A program made the translations under genes and the position numbers. The notes beneath the pieces were generated by a model. That model worked only from the letters and a program-made list of their open reading frames with translations. It searched no databases and was not told the origin of the DNA. A stretch of 39,445 nucleotides of DNA from a virus (taxonomy: Duplodnaviria; Caudoviricetes): positions 1 to 39,445 of the IMG/VR virus record IMGVR_UViG_3300044878_000091. One strand, written 5' to 3'. This document shows positions 33,601 through 39,445 of this stretch, piece after piece (position 1 is the first letter of the stretch; the number at the start of each line of letters is the position of its first letter).

Positions 33601-35505
33601 GGGCGTGTGGGCTGGTCGGATCGTAGTGACGACCAGGCGGCGAGGGTTGCGGCTGCGGCTACGAATAAGCGGGAGGCGTTGGCGTCGGCCCGGTGGCACG
33701 CACAGCAGGCCTACGACAGGATCGGCTCTAGCGCGAAGAACAAGGCACGGAAAACGGCGGCCCAGCGCTCCCTGAACGCCGCCGAGAAGCGGCTGAAGTC
33801 GGCTGAGGCTGCCGAGGACCGGGCGAAGGAGAAGCTGCGGGACGCGAAGGAACGCACCGCACGGCTGTCCGAATCGACACGTGACCTGCGAACGGACATC
33901 CGACGCGGCGACATCGCTGACTCGGTCATGTCCGGTAGCGGGCTTTCCGTGGTGGACCGGTTGCGGGATGAGTCCCGTAACAAGGATCTGTCCACACGCC
34001 AGCGCGGCAGGCTCTCCCGGACGGCGGACTCTTCGGAGAAGCAGTTGCTGTCGTTGGAGAAGCGGTCTGATTCGCTCGCGTCGAAGCTGGAGAAGGCGAA
34101 GTCGAAGTTTGACGACCTCATGTCCATCAAGTCCGGGGTTGCTTCGGGCCTGAAGTCTGAACAGTCACTGTCCGGGCTCCTAGGGCTCATGGACGACAAG
34201 GCTGCGGCGAAGGCTGAGGCGAACTTCAAGAAGGTCGCAGACAGTGCGCAATCAAACCTGGACAAGGTCAGCGGGAAGTTGGATGCGGCGCGGACCAGGC
34301 TTGATGGTCTCCGGGCGGCACGCGATGGTGTCCGGGATGGGCTGAGGGGTGAGCAGTCACTCGGTGCCGGACTGGGTCAGAAGAACGGGTTCGGCTACGA
34401 CGTGCCTGTTTCCTCGAAGTCGCTGGTTTCCGGGGCGCGGTCGAAGCTCGCGGCGATCAAGGCGTTCGCCGGGAAGTTGGAGAAGCTGCGGGCTATGGGC
34501 TTGTCCCGGCGGATCCTAGAGGAGGTCGCCGGGCTGGGTTCGGAGGACGGCGCACAGGTTGCGGATGCCCTGATCAAGGGTGGTAAAGCTGATGTGAAGT
34601 CCTTGAATGACGCCTATGCCGGGATGTCCAGTTGGGGCCAGAAGGCCGGTTCCGTTATATCCGATTCCATGTTTAAGGGCGGAGTGGGTGCGGCGAAGTC
34701 GCTGGTTGACGGGTTCGAGTCTCAGCAGGGCGCGGCTACTAAGGCCCTCAACGCTTTGACCACACCGGATGCGTCCGGGAAGGTCACTGCTAAGGGCATG
34801 GTGAAGAACGCCAAGTCCACCGCGGACCGGATCAAGAAGTTCGCCGGCAAGCTGGACAAACTCCAGAAGCGCGGCCTTTCCGGTCCAATCTTGGAGGAGA
34901 TCGCCGGGATGGGCACCGAGGAAGGCATGCGGGCCGCGGATGCCCTGCTCGCCGGGTCGAACAAGTCCATCAAGGAACTGAACACCCAGTACCGGAGGAT
35001 TGACTGGTATTCGCAGAAGGCCGGACTTCAGGTCACGGAGGGCTTCTACAAGGGTGGCGTGAACGCCGCCAAGGGGCTCGTGAAGGGGCTTGAGGACCAA
35101 CAGGACGCCATCGAAAAGCAGATGCTCAAGATTGCCAACGGCATGCAGACAGCGTTGAAGAAGGCGCTGGGTATCCACTCCCCGTCCAAGGTCATGCAGA
35201 AACTGATGCACCACGTCGGCGACGGCGCGGTGCTCGGACTGGAGGACTCACGCCCGGATGTGGAATCGGCAATGACCGCGATGGTCACCGCACCGCAGGC
35301 CTCGTTCGGGTCCTGGTCCGGCATGGTCGGCTCCGGGTCGCACATGAGCGCCCCGGTGATGGAACTTTCCGCTGCTGACCGTGCGCTCATGAGTCAGTTC
35401 ATCACCGCCTCCCAGTCGATGCCTCCGATGAACCTCATGGTGAACGGGCGGCAGGCGGGCGCAATCGTGCAGGAAGGCACCAAGGCAGTGAGGACACTCA
35501 AATGA
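30622..35505 (+). CDS. Tape measure protein (TP901-type core)
   Basis: About 1627 aa, Ala/Gly-rich; FSATEAAQG, GSDAGTSFKSML, GGPIFGPGTGTSD, LGIHSPSKV; GGAGG RBS. Confidence 0.95.
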   Translation: MADRSVTLRLSADVKGLVAGLKTGKRALEDLSQGAKAFGPTASAGALKAQAAFLKTGQAAHAAAAKAGLLYDASGKLTDQFGRVVSEADATKKGLKAVSDEARFAAEHADRAAEAWQGFGKGMMVAGAGIIAGVGLAVKSYADFDKQMSSVDAATHETAGNMDLLRQAAIDAGADTAFSATEAAQGIEEMAKAGVSTKDIMGGGLTGALSLAAAGSLGVGDAAEIAASAMTQFKLSGEQLPHVADLLAAGAGKAQGSVQDMGAALNQTGLVAASTGLSIEETTGGLAAFASAGLTGSDAGTSFKSMLQRLTPQSLEAKNKMAELGISAYDAQGQFIGLSKFSENLKTSMKDLTPEARNAAMGVIFGSDAVRAANVLYENGAEGIQKWTNNVNDAGYAADTAAKMQDNLRGDLEKLGGSFDTVLIQSGSGANDVLRGLVQGLEGVVDGVGKVPGPLLAAGTGLAAVAGGALLLGGGLITVIPKIAATREALGLLPISATKANAALSTTGRVAAGAATGLAAVAAASAIAQPALDNILKPTGETGDALEAFGGQAARGAVGADTLSKSFQDLVQHKDGVNDFQAAIDGIADPGLWGNIDNILVGGIKILSLGMADVTSTSDKARERMGAFGEELASLDADKAATSFQSMAKQTDGSEKSLKNLLDFMPAYRKSLEEQAKASGLATDDQTLLNIALGKIPGSMQGAATATENYTTKAGNAAPLTEEMAKQLEEVGLNAQGAVTDIDAFAKSLFNAGLLSLSSSDAAIGYQDAIDKMTESVKTNGATLDLNTEAGRANQSAFNGIAKAAMTSAEASATETLATEGSAAAQSQLQGALRTSYDDLVTAAGQLGKTGDEADTMARKALGIPKNVNIDAWIADHASSTLDGIKGKADGLDGKSVDIYVNTHETTYQKTLKDPTGMGSSIGGRQNGSLAGGFAAGGPIFGPGTGTSDEIPAWLSNGEHVWTAEEVRAAGGHGAVESLRSMAKRGLPAFATGGRVGWSDRSDDQAARVAAAATNKREALASARWHAQQAYDRIGSSAKNKARKTAAQRSLNAAEKRLKSAEAAEDRAKEKLRDAKERTARLSESTRDLRTDIRRGDIADSVMSGSGLSVVDRLRDESRNKDLSTRQRGRLSRTADSSEKQLLSLEKRSDSLASKLEKAKSKFDDLMSIKSGVASGLKSEQSLSGLLGLMDDKAAAKAEANFKKVADSAQSNLDKVSGKLDAARTRLDGLRAARDGVRDGLRGEQSLGAGLGQKNGFGYDVPVSSKSLVSGARSKLAAIKAFAGKLEKLRAMGLSRRILEEVAGLGSEDGAQVADALIKGGKADVKSLNDAYAGMSSWGQKAGSVISDSMFKGGVGAAKSLVDGFESQQGAATKALNALTTPDASGKVTAKGMVKNAKSTADRIKKFAGKLDKLQKRGLSGPILEEIAGMGTEEGMRAADALLAGSNKSIKELNTQYRRIDWYSQKAGLQVTEGFYKGGVNAAKGLVKGLEDQQDAIEKQMLKIANGMQTALKKALGIHSPSKVMQKLMHHVGDGAVLGLEDSRPDVESAMTAMVTAPQASFGSWSGMVGSGSHMSAPVMELSAADRALMSQFITASQSMPPMNLMVNGRQAGAIVQEGTKAVRTLK

Positions 35506-36251
35506 CCGATACCGCGTTCCTGTTCGGCCCGCTCGGGTACATGCAGCCGCTGACTGAGGTCAGTGCCGGGGCGACCCGGTCCCCGTCGCGGGCCCGGGGC
35601 GAGCTGGTCACTGTTGGCGGGGTGCGCTACGTGCAGAAGGCTCGGCACGCGCCCCGCCAGTGGGATCTCGGCTACACCTGGCAAACCCCTGGCGTGGTCC
35701 GGCTCCTGATGGCGGCGGCTCAGGGAGCCTTGAAGGACTGTTGGCTTTACGACGTGGCAGCCGCGAGGGCAAACATGATCCCGGGCTACCTCGCCACCGG
35801 CGCCGGTTCTACGGTGCTGGTGGCGGGCATGCCTTTGGGCGCTGTGACTGCGGGCGCTGTCGTGACGGTTCCGGTCCTCGCGGGCCGGGCCTACACGGCG
35901 TCAGCATGGTCGGCGCACACGTCCGGGCAGACCGTGTTCACGTACAAGCTCGGGGCCGGGTCCACAGTCAACGCCAACGCGACTGCCGGGTCTGGCGCCC
36001 GGATCACCTCGGCATCGTTCACGCCGTCTGTAGATCAGACACTCACGTTCACCGTGGGGTCCGGGGCTAGCGTGTCCGGGCTGCGCGTGCACGAGGGCGC
36101 CTCTGACGGGGACTGGCTCCCCGGACACGGCTCGCCCTGCAAGGTTGACGTGATCGACCCGCAAGCCGTGCTGCAAATGGTCACGGACGGGCACGGGCTG
36201 ACCGACTATACGGTCAGCATTCAAGAAGTAGGACAACCGGGAGTGATCTAA
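35502..36251 (+). CDS. Minor tail protein (distal-tail position)
   Basis: ATGA overlap with the tape measure gene; beta-rich central insert. Confidence 0.75.
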   Translation: MTDTAFLFGPLGYMQPLTEVSAGATRSPSRARGELVTVGGVRYVQKARHAPRQWDLGYTWQTPGVVRLLMAAAQGALKDCWLYDVAAARANMIPGYLATGAGSTVLVAGMPLGAVTAGAVVTVPVLAGRAYTASAWSAHTSGQTVFTYKLGAGSTVNANATAGSGARITSASFTPSVDQTLTFTVGSGASVSGLRVHEGASDGDWLPGHGSPCKVDVIDPQAVLQMVTDGHGLTDYTVSIQEVGQPGVI

Positions 36252-38402
36252 GTGCAAGCACTACCTGCGGGATGGCCCGCCGACACTGCGGTGGAAACCG
36301 TACCGGACATTGTCACGGACTTCGGGGCCAGCGCCCCGGGGTCCGTTTCCGTTTCGGACTGGTCCATTGCCCGGCAGTTGACGGGTTCGCTGTTGCCGGG
36401 GCAGGTCCGCGCCGGCACAGGGTTTTCTGTCGCGTCAGGTTCGGTCGGCTTCCCGCAGACCACCCCCCCACTCTCCCCGTGGGGCAAGGGTGCGCAGAAG
36501 CTCGTTCCCGGCGGACGCTGCTCGGTGTACGCCACACCAGACGCCGGGGTGAGCAGGCTCGCGCTCGGATCGTTCCTGGCCAACCAGGCTTCCGGCGCCG
36601 TGTCGGACCCGGCAGTCACGGTGGACCTCATCGAGGACCAGACCCGGCTCCGGAAGCGCGTGACCGTTCCGGGCCTGTCTGATGTGGTCGGCACCATCGG
36701 GGTGGACGCGGTCTGGCTCATTGATCAGATCGCACGGACTGGCGGGTACTACGCCACCCCGAAACCGTCACCCTCCTGTGTCGGCTCGCTGCCGTTGCAG
36801 GGCTCGGTCATCGCCGAACGCGGAACCGCCACCCTCACAGGGTCCCCCGTGGCCGGCTGGCAGACCATCAACCGGCGCGTCTACCCTGCCCCGTCCGGGT
36901 CCGGGTCCATCGCCCTGACCCTGTCAGCTTCCGCACCCCGGACCGGGTCACTGTTCCTGACGTTCAACGCCACCGGCGCCATCAGCTTTTCTGGCGGGCT
37001 CGCAAACATTGTCGTGGACACGGGCGCGCTCACAGTCAAAGCCGGATCCGGGTCCGCTGTGACGTACACCGCCGGCGGTTCCACGGCCTGGCCGGAACGC
37101 GTGCAGGTCGAAGTCCAGTACACCCTCGCCGGGGCAACGTACACGGCGGTGAAGGCACGAGCCCGCACCGGGCCCGCCGCAGCATGGTCAGGGTTTTCCA
37201 CCGCCACGGTTTCGATCCCCGCCGATACGTCCAACACCGACGTCACCGCCGTGACCGTCTCAGGAACCGGGGCCCTGTCCGGACTGCAAGTCACCACGGC
37301 CGCGGACACTGCGCTCTGGGATGTCCCCACCGCAGTCTTCGACGCATCAGGTGTCACCCTGGATAACCCGGTGATCCCGGCGGACGGTGACGGGTGGGAC
37401 GTCATCCAGCAGATCGCCGCCGCCACCCTCGGCGGCGCCTGGGTATCCGAAGCGGGCGCGCTCACCTACCGGGCCAAGGAATGGATGCGCGGCCTCGGGG
37501 CATCGTCAGAAACCATCGTTTCCGAAACTTCACTGACGGATGTGGCTTGGTCGATCGGCGGGGGCGACGTCGCGGACCGGGTCACAGTCACGTACCAGCC
37601 GCCGGACCTGAAGACCGTCACGAACAACTCCCTCCTCATCTGGGAGGCCACCGAAGCGGTGGAGGTCGCCGCCGGCAAGACCGTGACGATCTACGCGGAC
37701 ATTGAGGGCACCGCGAAGAACCTCGCGTCGTGGCTGCCCGTGTGGGATCCGACCACCTCCACCCAGTTCTCGCGCTGGGCTGCGGCGACGTCCCGTGACG
37801 GCGGCGGCACCCAACCGGCAGACGACGCACTCAGGGTCGCAACCACAATAGCCGGGACCTCCCGGCTGCGGATCAGCATCACCAACACCACCGGGACGAA
37901 GCTGTGGACGGTCGACGGGACAGGGAACCCGACCCTGATCGTGCGGGCAAACCTGTCCGCACGTGCGGGCGAGACGGTAACTCTGACAGCCGGTGCGCAG
38001 GAGGACGACGCGGCGACCCCGCTGGATGTCGACCTGGGCGCCTGGGTGCAACGGTACGCCGACGCGCAGCAGATCCTCGACTGGGTCTGGTCCCAGGTGC
38101 AGCAACCCCGCGCCACCATCCAAGGCGTCCGGGTCAAACCCGCACTCGCACGCCAACTCGGCGACATCATCCGCATAACGGACGGACAGACCGCGCTGTC
38201 CTCGAAGGCCCTCATCACTGGGATAAGCCTCACAGGATCCGCGGGCCAGTACGAACAAACCCTCGACCTCGTCCTACTCGATGTCACGTTCTACGACCTG
38301 TCCCAGAGCTTCGGCACCAAGACGTTCGCCCAGCTCAGCACTGACTGGGCGGGCCTGACATTCGCCCAAGTCTCGGACCTCATCAACAGCATCGGAGCGT
38401 AA
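36252..38402 (+). CDS. Minor tail protein (tail tip/hub)
   Basis: 716 aa, Thr/Gly/Ser-rich; IAAATLGGAWVSEAGALTYR and RQLGDIIRI motifs. Confidence 0.8.
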   Translation: MQALPAGWPADTAVETVPDIVTDFGASAPGSVSVSDWSIARQLTGSLLPGQVRAGTGFSVASGSVGFPQTTPPLSPWGKGAQKLVPGGRCSVYATPDAGVSRLALGSFLANQASGAVSDPAVTVDLIEDQTRLRKRVTVPGLSDVVGTIGVDAVWLIDQIARTGGYYATPKPSPSCVGSLPLQGSVIAERGTATLTGSPVAGWQTINRRVYPAPSGSGSIALTLSASAPRTGSLFLTFNATGAISFSGGLANIVVDTGALTVKAGSGSAVTYTAGGSTAWPERVQVEVQYTLAGATYTAVKARARTGPAAAWSGFSTATVSIPADTSNTDVTAVTVSGTGALSGLQVTTAADTALWDVPTAVFDASGVTLDNPVIPADGDGWDVIQQIAAATLGGAWVSEAGALTYRAKEWMRGLGASSETIVSETSLTDVAWSIGGGDVADRVTVTYQPPDLKTVTNNSLLIWEATEAVEVAAGKTVTIYADIEGTAKNLASWLPVWDPTTSTQFSRWAAATSRDGGGTQPADDALRVATTIAGTSRLRISITNTTGTKLWTVDGTGNPTLIVRANLSARAGETVTLTAGAQEDDAATPLDVDLGAWVQRYADAQQILDWVWSQVQQPRATIQGVRVKPALARQLGDIIRITDGQTALSSKALITGISLTGSAGQYEQTLDLVLLDVTFYDLSQSFGTKTFAQLSTDWAGLTFAQVSDLINSIGA

Positions 38403-38405
38403 GCC

Positions 38406-38894
38406 ATGCCAGTCTCAGTCAGCCCGTCGATCCCCACCGAATCCTCCACCGCCGCCCCAGCGGGCGGATTCTCCGGGTGGTTCAAGAACATCGGCGACTG
38501 GATCACATCACTCTCTCCCTCTGGCGCCACCCAATACGACACTGGCTGGCTAACCACGGGCCTGACGATCACCGCCGGGACCGACTGGACGGTCGACAGC
38601 TACCGGGTGCGCCGCGTCGGGATGGTCATATTCATCCGGGTTAGCGTCACCTACACAGGCGCCGGCTTCACCACAACCACCATCGGAGACGTTGCCAACT
38701 CCACCATTTTCACCCTCCCCGCCGGCTGGCGACCTGGCGAGAACTCGCCCCTTTATGTAAATCGGGACGGTGCCCACGAATGGTTCGGGCGGGCCAACGC
38801 GTCAGGGGACGTCCAGCTAACCCACGGCCAAGCCTCGCAAACCCTCGCTACCAGCACCGCGATGATGGCCCGCGGCATGCTCATGGCCGCCTGA
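38406..38894 (+). CDS. Minor tail/receptor-binding protein
   Basis: YDTGW...YRVRRVG...IFTLPAGWRP beta-sandwich head motif. Confidence 0.75.
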   Translation: MPVSVSPSIPTESSTAAPAGGFSGWFKNIGDWITSLSPSGATQYDTGWLTTGLTITAGTDWTVDSYRVRRVGMVIFIRVSVTYTGAGFTTTTIGDVANSTIFTLPAGWRPGENSPLYVNRDGAHEWFGRANASGDVQLTHGQASQTLATSTAMMARGMLMAA

Positions 38895-38912
38895 TGCGAC
38901 GAAGGACTCCAC

Positions 38913-39266
38913 ATGGGAACGACTGACCCGACAGCAGCCCGCGTCCGGGAACTCACCGCCGAAAACGCCGCACTGAAAGCCGACCAGAGCGCAACGCTGG
39001 AAATCATGGCCGAACAGGAATCCCGCATCGTCGCCCTCACCGGCCAGGTCGCGGCGCTCGCCGGGCAGGTCGCTGCCGTCACCCCACCAGCACAGCCAGC
39101 GCCGGAGGAACCCCCGGCAGACCCGGCGCCAGTCGACCCGCCCCCGGCGGAGGAGGAGGCCGCAGCGGATCCACCCGGCACGGAGCTGGTCGCTGCGGAT
39201 CCGCCGACCGAGGATCCTCCGGCTGGAGACCCTGGCACCCCAGCGCCAGCCACGGACAATCCCTGA
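38913..39266 (+). CDS. Coiled-coil protein with acidic Pro-rich (ADPP) tail
   Basis: GAAGGA RBS; heptad region followed by repeated EPP/DPP units. Confidence 0.65.
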   Translation: MGTTDPTAARVRELTAENAALKADQSATLEIMAEQESRIVALTGQVAALAGQVAAVTPPAQPAPEEPPADPAPVDPPPAEEEAAADPPGTELVAADPPTEDPPAGDPGTPAPATDNP

Positions 39267-39318
39267 CGGACCGCACCACCCTTCACCAACCGTGTGGCCC
39301 CGGAGCGCAAGCCCGGGG

Positions 39319-39445
39319 CCACCCCTGTGCCGCCAAGGAGGCGTCCATGAAAGACCCCAATGATTGACGGCATCCCTGCAGTGCTGGGCCTCGCCTCCCC
39401 GCTCGGGGCCACCATCGCCGTGTTCTATCTGGTGTTCACCGGCCG
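39319..39445. repeat. Duplicate of positions 1-127 (assembly overlap)
   Basis: Exact identity with the window start. Confidence 0.95.

Noticed and set aside
35502-38894. Diversity-generating retroelement or invertible tail-fibre cassette
   Set aside because: No reverse transcriptase, invertase or template/variable repeat pair visible
39319-39445. 127-bp terminal direct repeat as a biological genome terminus
   Set aside because: Length equals a common assembler k-mer, it cuts through a gene, and the HNH-terS layout points to cos ends near 19930

Overview
The window is an apparently complete, circularly assembled (127-nt end overlap; unit length about 39,318 bp) temperate, GC-rich siphovirus of Actinobacteria. 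An Arthrobacter/Micrococcaceae-type host is inferred from gene families, not proven. It is in the free (non-integrated) form, with an intact attP carrying the 3' half of a tRNA-Met(CAT). Gene order on the + strand: lysis cassette (several membrane proteins, M23 endolysin); a small accessory island with leaderless promoters; attP and tyrosine integrase; an unusually rich immunity region (three repressor-like HTH genes, Cro, Xis, BRO antirepressor, and a LexA-box-preceded 47-aa protein resembling the C-terminal half of the XRE fold); early recombination/replication genes (YqaJ exonuclease, SMC-like ATPase, SSB, RNA ligase, NrdH, Rep with iteron-like repeats, RusA); a late promoter followed immediately by a terminator and a cluster of tRNA-like structures; HNH, the probable cos with two tandem DnaA boxes, TerS and a TerL split into ATPase and nuclease ORFs; then head, neck and tail genes with a -1 frameshift chaperone. 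The most notable unexplained signals are the SOS-linked truncated-XRE mini-protein, tandem GCGA(T/G)-loop hairpins 24 nt apart in two late leaders, the tRNA-like cluster, and a second repressor/operator set whose palindrome recurs inside attP. All assignments come from reading motifs by eye; no database searches were run.
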